A stretch of 64,000 nt of DNA, from contig CM060732.1 of NCBI GenBank assembly GCA_030704615.1, positions 77,748,001-77,812,000 on the forward strand, read 5' to 3'. This stretch comes from Takakia lepidozioides. Its lineage: Eukaryota > Plantae > Bryophyta. A model generated the notes under the pieces. That model was not told the origin of the DNA, made no database searches, and worked only from the letters and a program-made list of their open reading frames with translations. Positions 13,096 to 24,600 of the stretch are shown here, piece after piece. Each line of letters begins with the position of its first letter. Position 1 is the stretch's first letter. A program made the position numbers and the translations under genes.

Positions 13096-13984
13096 AGAGG
13101 TAGAAGATCTACACAAATGATGAATTTGAATACGGTTGCTAGAATTCTGCTAAAACAATATAATGATTAAAATATGACTAGTTTTCTTACATGCCCTCGG
13201 AACGAGATCCCCAACCGATTGTGAAATTTCAACTTAAAAAACAAGGAAGTGAAATTTTTTGTTTCGGATGTTTAAAGAAACACCTTGGACTAACACATAA
13301 CTGCTAAGAGAGATGACAAGATCAACCTCGTGCACCTTGCCCTTTAGCCTGCACATAAAATCATTGTTTGACGACATACGGACTGCGCTTTGCAGATCTT
13401 GCACTATCATTTGCCTCTGAATCTCACCAATTGCCTCACCATGATTATCAATGGTTAGTTCAACCACTATTTATCATGTCATTTTCCCAATGACATTTCA
13501 TTCCCACGTTCTTGTACTCCAACCGCCGAAGAAATTGGTCCAAACTAACATCTTCGGCCAACACCTTGTCTTCATCTTCATCTTCGTTATCTTCGTTCAA
13601 AACCCTCTTCCATAAAACATCATTCAACCTCTTAATCAAGACCTCTAAAAACCGCAATTTCCTTTTCCACGGCCCATCTTGGATGTTACAAAAATTGATG
13701 ACCCTGACAAAGATGCCATAACTTAACATGTGTTATAATGATGGGTGCTGAAAGAAGTTAGGGTTTGAAACTTGAAGCATCGTATAAGAAGAGACCAAGA
13801 GATGAATGTAAATGAATTCGTACAAAAGACACAACGACACAAGTCAAGTCTCCAAGTGCAAACATCCAAGCTTGTTTTTCTAGTGGATACATACTTCACA
13901 CAAAACACGCTCCCATAGAGACTAGGTACCACTCACTTCCAAGGTAGAGAAACGCTTATACGCTAGTACTTGGAACAATATAAA

Positions 13985-14235
13985 ACAATACAAAGAAGTC
14001 ATAATTAGTTCCTACAGTACCTTGCAACAAATATCAAAGTCGAACGAGGCGCCTACAGTACCTCGCTACAAAGATAAAAAAATGAACCTACAGAACCTCG
14101 CTGCAACAACAGTGCCTTGCAGCAAACAAATAACAAATTCACGAATCCCAAGTGAGGTTGCAAAATATCTTCCGTGTCTTTTATGTCTCTCTACTTTCTG
14201 TGATTCGATCTTTTGTGTCTTCTGTGCCTCGACAT
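13985..14235. repeat. Direct repeat, partner at ~14939-15193; upstream region of both cGAS-like copies
   Basis: Shared caatacaaagaagtca...gcctcgacat, with internal cctacagtacct(t/c)gc repeats. Confidence 0.8.
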
Positions 14236-14599
14236 TTCCCTTATCACAGTCATTCCCTCTCCATCTATCCTCGTCATCTTCACGTCCCCGCCACAACTTT
14301 ATTTCTTCCCCACCCCCGCCATCGCTACAACTTATCAGAAAATGATGTCTCATAGAAGGAAGAAGAGTTATGTCATAATCCGCAATGTGGGATGTATGGG
14401 CTGGTTCTCAGTTTAGAAGCAATAAAATCTCCCTGATTTACTGAGCTTTATGATCTAAGTTGTGTGGTGGTGACAGCCAAAGCCTTCTATATGATGAAGT
14501 AGGTCTGAAATCTGTTAACCAATCAATTCTTGCTCATTGTTAGGCAATTTGATTGTCTGTGATCATTGTCAGTGGAACTCATGTTCACATCTACAAGAA

Positions 14600-14917
14600 A
14601 TTCTTGATGGCAATGAACTCGGAAATTTGTCTTTCTTGACTTGTGTAGGATTTAGTCAACAATGAAGATCGTTATTGTCTCATGTTGGATTAAGACTTTA
14701 AGGAAGATCTCATAAGTTGGTTCTATGGTAATCTCTCAAACCTTGAAATTGTACAACTCCCACATGGGAAAAAGAAGATTTCAACTCTTTTGATTTTCTA
14801 TAGTACATCATGAGTAACTCATTTATACAACTATTAGCTTTTTGCACACTAAAACTCAATTGTCTCTTCTCAAACCCAAGCTCTTTAAATTTCTTAAAGT
14901 CTCTCTGAAACAAAAAA
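14600..14917 (-). pseudogene. cGAS/Mab-21-like pseudogene copy B (C-terminal exon only)
   Basis: Clear nucleotide paralog of 8030-8190; reads FEKRQLSFSVQKANSCINELLMMYYRKSKELKSSFSHV..DYHRTNL and then, after a frameshift, EIFLKVL..FIV. Confidence 0.5.
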
Positions 14918-16214
14918 TTCCACCAAAACGAGACATGACAATACAAAGAAGTCATTAGTTCCTACAGTTCCTTGCGACAAATATCAAATAATGAGGCACC
15001 TACAGTACCTTGCAACAACAATCATGCCTCACAACAAAGATAAAAAAAATGAGCCGAAAGAAATAGTAGTGTCTCGCAACAAAGATCAAAATTCACGAAT
15101 CTCAAGTGAGGTTGCAAAATATTTTCCCTATCTTTTATGTCTTTTTCTATGCTTTCTGTGACTCGATTTTTTGTGTTTTCTTTGCCTCGACATCTTGAGA
15201 TAATGCCGAAAAACTGTCGATTCATTGCTAATCTACCATTTGGACACAAATGAAATACGTAATGTTCAATCTACACAAGCATCAGCATGTCCAAATTTCG
15301 AAGCATAAACAATTCATAAGCCCTACAAGTCGACTTAGCAAAACTGTTGCTTGACAGAAATACCTCTGTCATATGTTTGAGGGTAAAGGTGGGGCACTTG
15401 AAAGCTTTGAGCTTTTAGGTCATATGAGCACTTAGGTGTCAAGCAAAGATCACTCAGTGGATTCTGGCGTCTTTAGTTGAACCAACTCTCAAAAAGGTTG
15501 TACTGCTTAATTCTATTGGCTATATGTTGAGCTGACCATTTCGCAGCGTGAGTTATTTTTTGTGGTCTTATCTTAGCCCGAGTTTGTGTGTTAATGTAGG
15601 GCTGGAGTGGCAAAATCGAGAATCAATTGAGGAGGTGTTGAGATGCTTGCAAGACACCTATGATGTTGTTAATGCTTTGCAACATCTTTCAGCAAGGCCC
15701 AACTCCAAACTCTGTAATCTTCGTTAGTTTTTGGTAGACTTCCAATTTCGGTCCCCTCTTTATCGCCAAGTATTTGCTCTTCCCTTTCTTTGTTCCTTTG
15801 AGTCTTTGCAATATAAGCGGCTTACTATAGGTTACATTATGAGAGGAGACCTATTAAGACAACCCTTAGTATCTCAAACTTTACATAACTTAACTTGAAG
15901 ATATATGAAAGTTTTAAAATAGTAATCAATAACACCACCATTACAAGATGTTTGACATATAATCATGCCCGTGTTTTCTGTCAAAAATAACTAATTCATG
16001 TTTTCTCCTTATTATTTTGAGATGGGATCATTTTTTGATTTGGAGAAAGGGCCTGATCATTGCCAAGACTTTATTTGAGAAATATCCTGTTCAGTTCAAC
16101 TGATCTCGCTGGTCATTGTCTCCCATGTAGATTGACTCTGCGTCGTAATTGGTATACGAGTGTTGGAGGCTTCTTTGATTTAGGCACACCCAACCCCCCC
16201 CCCCCCCCCCCACC

Positions 16215-16620
16215 CCGAGGTTATCAAGAAGGTTATATGGGTATATAACCGCGGGTCTTAAAAAAACAAATAACTGGTGAAGGCTCCCCGATTATGTAAT
16301 TTTGAAATAACCAGCCTGAAAACTGCCAAAGACCTTTGAATAAAACCGCCGGTTCTTTGAGGTTCTTATAATGAACCGGATCCGGTGGTTCTTTCCATAT
16401 AAAAAATATGAAAAAACTGGAACAGGACTCGGTTCTTTAAATTTATTATTATTATTATACAAGGCGTTGGCCAATTGCTTTATTGGGTTATTTGATTCTA
16501 CGATTTTGTAAAAATTGGAATAGGAGGTTATGAACGAAATCAAATAACCGCCCAACATTTTTAAAATAAAAACGTTTGTGTATACGTGTATAGAAGCCTT
16601 TGGGCCTTGAAGTGTTTTAA
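16215..16620. repeat. Probable non-autonomous DNA transposon remnant
   Basis: AT-rich segment with clustered AACCG/CGGTT motifs next to a poly-C tract; similar motifs at ~17800-18010; termini and TSD not resolved. Confidence 0.35.
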
Positions 16621-17412
16621 TCAATTTCTCTGGAATATTTGAATAAAATTAACAACAAGTTGGATCATTAAGTTCCATTTTTTTAATTAAAACAAATTTA
16701 AGTAGAAAATAACTTATAATAAATTTCTCAAGGTCTACTAACCCTTTCTGCGAAAAAAATAAAAATAAAAATAAAAATGGGTCATCAGTTAAAACCACTG
16801 TGGAATTATTTTAGGCTATTACCTATGATAATATATTAAACTAATATATATATACTAATTATCAATAGTATATTCCGTCCAGTCTTATTCAGTACTAAGG
16901 GGTTAAGTTCTTAGTATACAATATACGGTACCTAGTACACTCCCCTGTTCCTAATATATACATACAGATATATATATTTCTATATATATACGACAATTGG
17001 TATCAGAAGTTAAAAATAGAGAATGAAAGCAGCCAGTACCGCGCGGCCATGTCGGGTGGCCCGCGCTCGGCCGCGCGGCCGGCACATACCCACCACTCCA
17101 CGGCCCATTATGACCCCACGACCTCCCTCACTGTCACCCGCTCTTTCCCCGGCCGCCGAGCACCCGTGCGCCCCCACCGGCTATCGCCGGTCAGCCGCTG
17201 TGCTCCCACACGTCTTGTGGCGCGACGCTGCTGCGGCGGCTCCGCGGTCGGCTGCCTTTATACTCCGTGTAACCTTGTCCTTCCCCTCCTGCCATTCATC
17301 CTCATTCATCCATTTATTCATCCATTGCCCGCAGTCGCAATTCACGAATGTAATTGCGTCGCCGTCTCAAACAACACACCGAAGAGAGAATTACATATTG
17401 GAAGATATGTAT

Positions 17413-17519
17413 GATGGTTCACTTTACAACGATGTGTATTGTGTGTTGCGATGGTTTACGTTATAACTATGTGTATCGCGTTGCGACGGTTTAAGTTACA
17501 ACGATGTGTATGATGTTGT
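17413..17519. repeat. Three tandem 35-37 bp units
   Basis: gatggttcactttacaacgatgtgtattgtgtgttgc / gatggtttacgttataactatgtgtatcgcgttgc / gacggtttaagttacaacgatgtgtatgatgttgt. Confidence 0.8.
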
Positions 17520-19754
17520 GAACAGGCCATCGTGATGCTTTGAAGGCGCAGTGTGCTGTAATTGTGAGCATGATGAGGCGGATCCGATCAATTTATTTAT
17601 AGGGATAATTAGATCATTATTTGCTGATGTAGGTGGCCCTGTTTATTGGCCTCCTGCATTGTTTTGTTGCCATCATAAAAACCACCACGTTTGATATGCA
17701 TAAATGACGGCAATGATCCGCTCGTCGTTGTAGAATGGTCCATTACTGAGAGAGGTTGGTTCCATGTTCGGTGAATATTATTAACTTGTTTTAATATCAG
17801 CCGGTTCGGGATGTTACTAACATGACGGTCTAGGTATGCATCCAGTTATTAATTCTGTGGCGGGTATCAAAGGGGGTATTGACGAGTATTACGTGGTATA
17901 GAATCATTCTTTTGGTTCTGCATCTACCCCATTCCAAAAAATTGCTTCCCGATAACTTGATATCCGGCTGTTGATATCCTCATGGCTCTATACCCATCCA
18001 ACTGGTTGGTTCCCCAAGATTATCCACGTTCATTTTCCGGGACGGAACGTCTACTTTTGGCCATTGGATGAGTGGGCAGCGTCACAATCTTTTCAGTTTG
18101 ACTGCTTTCTGTCCAGCTGACCCAAAATTAAAGGGGGTATGGGTTTTAGGATCCCTTGGTGCATCATGTGACATGAAGAATGAAAAACAAAAAATACAGC
18201 TTATGCTTTCCCCCCCATACTATAAACAAGCCAGCAAGTAATTTTGATTTGATTTGATTTTCAAAAGAGTGTTCTCTTTAAAAAAATAAAAAAGAGGGGA
18301 TGGAAGCCTTGAATTTTATTAATGAGGGGAAAAAAAGGAAACCCCCAAGGGCCATCAACCAAACACACCAAGAAGCGGACGAACCCAGATACCGCAAGGA
18401 AGAGAGCGCCGTCCGCATGGATGAGAGTAAATTTTGAATCAGCTGAAAATGACACGTGAATTGGCTTTTGGCAAATATCCCACACAGTATGCATATTACC
18501 CCGTCTGAAGATTAACTGTGAAATAAGAAAAGATTTCTACAAAAATGAAAGATTTGCTTGTTTCCGGTCAGGTGATTTTTTCCTTGCTTTCTTAATTTGA
18601 TTGAAGAGCATTTGTCTTCTTCCTCCCAAAATGGATTTACATTTCGGAATAGAATCTAAGGTTAATTTAGTATCGCAAAGTTGAGCATCGTTCTTTGAAG
18701 AGGAAATCTTAAGAACCTCGCCATAATTTTTCTTCTGAAATAAATTCCAATGAATACATACAATCATGAAATAAATTACAATGAATAGATACAATGAATA
18801 TATTTTTCGATTTTTTTTAATTTCAACAAAAGATACTACTTTGGTTGCCGCGCACATCCCTTTTGTAAGGCTAATAAGTCTCCAAGGTGTTTTCACAGGG
18901 ATTATTTTCCCTTGCCCTTTAATGCAATTTGCTTTTCCCTTTGTGAAAAAAAAAAAAAAATCTTCCCTACCTATTGTCCCCCTTTTCTCAAAAACTAAAA
19001 AAGCGACCAATATATTAATAAGGATTAATAATGTACAAATCTGTGTAAACTATATTGACAAGAGTCACAAGACTCACTATAACATCTTCATTTTTATGCA
19101 AAGGACATAATGCATTTCCAGGGCCTTCATCCCCTGTTTCACAAAGAAGAAAAAGAAGAAGAAGATATATATATATATTTTTTAAGAGCTAATTACTAAT
19201 TACGGCTTCAAATGGTTTTTGTTTTGTTTTTGTTTTAAGAAAAAAAAGTGAACAGGAGACACAGGCGGGCCCTGATAAATCTTTATTTGTAATTATTTCG
19301 GGGTAAAAATTAAAACCCCGCCCTATTACACAATAAGGATTTTGTTTTCTAAAGTGAGGAATTTGAGTGGGTGCCCGAATGGTGACCGGAGGCCCCGGTG
19401 ACAAGAGCGGGCGAGCAAGTTGTAGAAGGCGGGGCAAGTGACGGGGTCTGACGCACGACGCGATCGTCTTGCTCCGAGTATGAGCGTGCGGGCGACCTGT
19501 TGAACTCGTCAAGCGCTGCAGGAACCTGCCATGCGCGCTCTCAATTCTCACCTGCTTCAATGGCCATGGAGACGGCTTGGAGATGGCTGGAGGGAAGGAG
19601 GAGAGGAGCAGCTGGCTGGCCTCGCAGATTCTGAGTATTAGGTGACCTTCTCCCTTCTAGGGAATTCTGAGATGCATCTCTTTTTAAGGGAGGTGCGGTG
19701 CAGAAAGAGGGGTTCAGCTCGGCGGAGGAATTGGTCGAGCTCGTGCAATGTTCT

Positions 19755-19756
<2 letters not shown>

Positions 19757-19844
<88 letters not shown>
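19757..19844. repeat. (GA)44 microsatellite upstream of the RING-vWA gene
   Basis: Perfect GA run. Confidence 0.97.
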
Positions 19845-19848
<4 letters not shown>

Positions 19849-21598
19849 GAGTTTTCATGATTTTAGCATGGATTCAGGGAATTGCTCCTGGGAATGATTA
19901 TCGGGATGCGTTGGAGAGGATAAAGCACTATTCTAAGCTGAACATCAAGTGACGAGAGAGAGAGCACCACCATTCAACTTCTTCAGTTGCCGTGTTCCGG
20001 ATATGCTCTAATCAGTGGACGCCTCTGTGTCAGAAGTGATAGAGAAAACATGCCTTGGTTTAGTAGGGGCATTTCAGCGACCTTCTTCGAACAGCTGCTT
20101 TCGCTAAGAGTGCCATTTCAGTCATATATCCCGTCTCTTTGGCTGTCTCATGCGTACTTTAAACTTCTCTTGCACTCCGCGTCCCCGCCCTCGTCGTGTA
20201 AATCCCCGTGCATCCACTATAGTTTCATATCTCTTCTCTTCCGTGGGGCCTCTCGCGGACTTTCAAATTTTCTTTCTTCTCTGTCTCCCTCTCATTGCTA
20301 CACCCTTGTTCTTCCATATTTCAGTGTGGCAATCCGCACTCTGGATATGAAAAACTGCTGACGAATCTTGTACTTAAAAGAATGCTCGCTCTTTAGACGA
20401 GAAATGTGCGAAGTTACTCGAGTCCTCATCAGCTGTGTGGCCCCTCATTGTTAGCAAGGATGTTTAGACTCTTCCAAGTGGAATTGGTTGAATTTTCGAG
20501 AGACATTAACCTCTCAATTCCATCTGCAAGGGACAAAGGTTGATAGCGTTCATGTCCATTTGGTTCATTATGATGTGCCTATGAGTGCATATCCTGGGAC
20601 TAGTTGCATTCATAAAGCTACTGAACTAAGCCAAAGATCGCCACAGTGAATAGCATAGGTGATGACAATCTATGCGCGGGTATAGCCATCAGTGATAAAG
20701 ATAGTCTAATTTACCCCCCATCAAATGTGCAGTTGATGTTGCTCTGGCATTACAGTAAGAGAAGGGAAGGAGAGATAGCTCAATTTACATTGGAATTAGT
20801 ACATTGTTATAGGGTGTACTCATCGTGCACCCTAAACATTGATCAAGAAATTTTACACCTGCACAGGTCAATAAGTGCAACCTTGCTTGCTGGTCTGCAT
20901 CCTTGATTAATATCTTTATGGTATACTCAAAGACTGTGCACACAATCCCTGTTGTTGGCTTCTATGGCGTATGGTAGCTGCGCATTGACTACATGATTAT
21001 ATGATTACAGGACGGCTGCAATTCCCTCTCTCTCTTCCATACTGGAAGCGTCTCAAGGAAGATTTTCTGCTGCAGTATCAGTTCCTCAGAGGATGGACCC
21101 CACCGAATGACATATCAAACTTGCTAGTGGCTGCCTGTTTGTGAAGCTTGTGAGATCTGTATCTACTATTTTTGGGCACTTTGCAACCTCCCTTGGGAAC
21201 CAGTAATTATTGAGATTTCTGTTCCCCCTACACACAGATTCAGGAAACAGTGCTGGAATGGAGAGGCCAAGAGATATTGGCTGGAAAATTGGATTTCAGG
21301 GTTCTGTTGTAAAAATATCCTTCCACACCATTTGTTTCTCCTTACATTGGAAGTGATGGGATCCAGTGTATAACGGGAAGGAGGCGACATCCTTCAAAGC
21401 ATACTCGAGCTCCATGTTGCAGTTCCTTGAGTGTGCAAGTTTGGAGGAACCCAGCCTTCCGTGAAAGATTTATCAACAGGCGTTCTCTGTGGTTAGGAGG
21501 AGAGCAAGTGGGAAGCAACACAGACAGGGAGAGGATCTGTGATCTACTATCTCAATCAATTTAGAGATTGAAAAAGGTGGGCACAAAAGAGAGGAAGA

Positions 21599-21601
<3 letters not shown>

Positions 21602-21649
<48 letters not shown>
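21602..21649. repeat. (GA)24 microsatellite abutting the start codon
   Basis: Perfect GA run ending in the A of ATG 21649. Confidence 0.97.
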
Positions 21650-21652
<3 letters not shown>

Positions 21653-24600
21653 GAACAGGATGGAGGAGGGCTAGGAATGTTTTGGGATTGAGTTCTTGTG
21701 CATCTGCTCAGTCAGATCCAGAGGACGATGATGAGATGACAGGGATGCCAGCTGAGATGTCGAATAGACCCATAACACCTGAAAGAACTGTTCCTGCATC
21801 CACTTCAGAGACAGGAGGCTTCTTAACATCGCCCTTATCCCCTGGAAGGCCCCCTCGCACACCAACTCGCCTTAACCTGATCCGCACCAACATTCGCCTC
21901 TCTCGGGTATGCCTCCCTATCAATACCTTTCTTGGTTTATGTGTCCTGGGGCTTTCTTCCGTTTTAGCTGATCATTGGCAGTCCAGGCCCCCGCCACAGG
22001 GGGCTACCCACAAGTGAAGAGGGTCTTCTGTGACTGCCTTAATGGCAGTTGCAGGAAAATAAGTTTATACCTGCAGCTGAGTTGCGGGGGTAAGCTAAGC
22101 CCTGGTGGGTGCAAACCCCACAAAACACTCCAGAAGGTTTGGTTTCCCGCAGGGTTAATGGCCGTAAGGCTATGGCAAGCCAACGTTCATGGGGGACAGA
22201 ATGAGTGCATTATCTCTCACTATCTCTTGTCCCTTCGTGTTCCGCTCAAACTGGGTGCGGGGTCGATGGCGACAAGGCTATGGCAAACAACGTCTTATGA
22301 GTACATTCTCTCTTGCCCCTGGCTCTGTTGGGGCCGAATTTGCTGGGCAGCTCACACACAGCAGATTGATGCTTGTGTGAAAGGGCTTTCTACAAGAAAT
22401 CTGTAAAGCCCAAACTAATAGTTCATATCAAGGTAAAGTCCCACTACGGGAGTGAGCCCCTCACAAAGTTAGTGTCTGGTCCCTCTTGTTCCGCAGCAGT
22501 GTCTATGGCCACAATGCTAGGGCAAACGTTCTATGAGTACATTCTCTCTTTCTAGTCAGTCCATTCTACCACAAGGGGTGAATCAGCCTTGTTGTTTTTG
22601 GGTCACAGCTAGGGAAGAAGCCTCAAAACAAAGCAACCTATCTGATAGAAATGTAGGCCGCTTGGAGTTTATTGCTGTAAACTCTAGGGCAATCATGCTT
22701 CAATGGTTGATTGTGTCTCCTCTCTGCATTTTGCATTTGAACTTTATTGATGTTAGTTTGGGTGGTTTCTGGGGTCCTCAGAGCACATGTGCAATATGCC
22801 TGGAGAATATGAAGCCTGGGCTTGGGCAGGCCCTTTTCACAGCCGAGTGCTCTCACTCCTTTCATTTCTCATGTATTGCATCCAATGTGCGTCATGGAAA
22901 TCTTGTGTGCCCTGTTTGTCGGGCAAAATGGAAAGAAGTCCCATGGCAGGCACCACCAGAGATTCCTAAAGGACCCCGGGGAGGGGGGTCGGGGAGGAAT
23001 CGTCGACACAGGCCCCATCAATCTCCACAGCGAGTGGAGGTTGTTACAATTGATGAAAGCCCTCTGGAGGTAGTGGCTTGTGCTTTTCTTGTCAGTGGTC
23101 ATACAGGAGCTTTCTGTTGTGTACACTCTTCCGTTGTCTCACTCTTTCAAGTAGTCGTGGAGTTTCCATAGGAATGTCAATTCCCTCTCCTAGTGTGTCC
23201 ACCAACTTGACTGAAGGCTGGAGACAGTGGAGTTGCAGTAGGATTAGAACCACTGCCTAGTGTTTATGGCACAATGTGGAGAATGCAGGTTATCTCTGGT
23301 CTGCAATTGAATTCCCAGGAATTGAGTGGCAGGTTGAGGAGGAGAGAAGGCGGCTGGATCCAGTACTTCAGATATTGGATGAGTCAATCGCCAATGCTCG
23401 TGACAATCGCCGAACCAGCCCCTTGGAACCGAACATGTTTGATGATGACGATCCTCTGGGTTGGTGCCTCATTCATCCCTCCCTCCATCTCTCCCTGTAT
23501 TGATCTCTATCCCTCTCCCACCCCATTTCCTTGTCTTTTGATAGGTGAAGAATAAAGTGTTGATGTTAAATGAAGTACACACTCTTTGTAGTGATATGGA
23601 GATTCTGTGCTGGATAGCTGGCTGACTTATTGAGTAAGCATGTTCTATTTACTGCCCTGTGGCAGAAGCCAGGTTTCCCTCTCTCTCTTTCTCTCTCCGA
23701 ACATGGTTCCTGCACCTCTGTTTACCAACTTTCAAAATCTCGAGGCTGAGCCTAAAGTCCTGGCCCTGGCCCTGTTGGGGTCTAACTTTTGGGCTGCTCA
23801 CATACAGCAGATTGATGCTTGTGTGAAGGGCTTTCTAGAGGATATCTTGAAAGCCTGAACTAATTGTTTGTATCAAGTTAAGTCACACTACTGGAGTGAG
23901 CCCCTCACAAAGGTGGTGTCTATTCCATATGTTTCCAAACTGGGTGCGGGGTCTATGGCCACAAGTCTATGGCGAACAAAGTCTTGTAAGTACATTCTCT
24001 CTCCGAACAAAATGAAGCTAGGCCTAAATAATCCCAGTTTGTGACATGTGGGAGCACCTTAAGGATGATCTGAAGGGCCTACCTACCCTCGGCACTAGAC
24101 TGAAATTTAGACTCAGGGTGGGGAGTCTACCTTTGAACATAAACAGACGCGGAGAGGGACGAGAGATTGTCAATGCCCGATGTGCGGCCAGCCTGAAGAC
24201 TATATCCATTTTCTGATACAATGTCCGGGGTATTCTCATCAGAGAGCGACCCTCTTCAGGACCATCAAGAATAGAGTCCCTGCACCTATGTTCACCGACT
24301 TCCAAAATCTTGAGAGCCTAAGGCCCTGGCCCTGTTGGAGTCTAACTGCTGCTCACACACAGCAGATTGATTTTTGTGTCAAGGGATTTCTAAAGGAATT
24401 CTGGAAAGCCTGAACCAATTGTTTATACCAACGGAAGCTCCACTGCTGGAGGGAGCCCCTCACAAAGGTAGTGTCTGTTCCCTCTTGTTCCACCCAAACT
24501 GGGCGTGGGGTCTATGGCCACAAGGCTATGGCAAACGTCTCATGAGTACATGCTCTCTCTCTCTCTCTCCCTCTTCCTTTGGTTAAACAAGTCAGGGATG

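Larger units (their letters stand above)
8030..13730 (-). pseudogene. Degraded two-exon gene with cGAS/Mab-21-like nucleotidyltransferase motifs (copy A); intron interrupted by an LTR element
   Basis: Exon ~13730-13191 (EYKNVG-MKCHWENDM..VVEL, HEVDLVISL, DLVPRA), phase-1 GT..AG intron 13190-8207 (139 bp without the element), exon 8206-~8030 (RQLSFSVQK, CINELFMMYY). Stops, frameshifts and deletions are present; the family call is by motif order only. Confidence 0.5.

Noticed and set aside
16998-17007. TGGTATCAGA resembling a tRNA-Met PBS
   Set aside because: Only a 10-nt match, with no identifiable LTR, gag or caulimovirus ORF adjacent
17413-17519. 35-37 bp repeats of CRISPR-like length
   Set aside because: Units are contiguous with no spacers, there are no cas genes, and the context is eukaryotic
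19541-19858. ORFs with LSLSLS or RERERE tracts (also 21568-21648)
   Set aside because: Translations of GA microsatellites
19950-19967. TGACGAGAGAGAGAGCAC resembling miR535/miR156
   Set aside because: Needs an indel to match, no complementary star arm nearby, and a GA-rich context explains it
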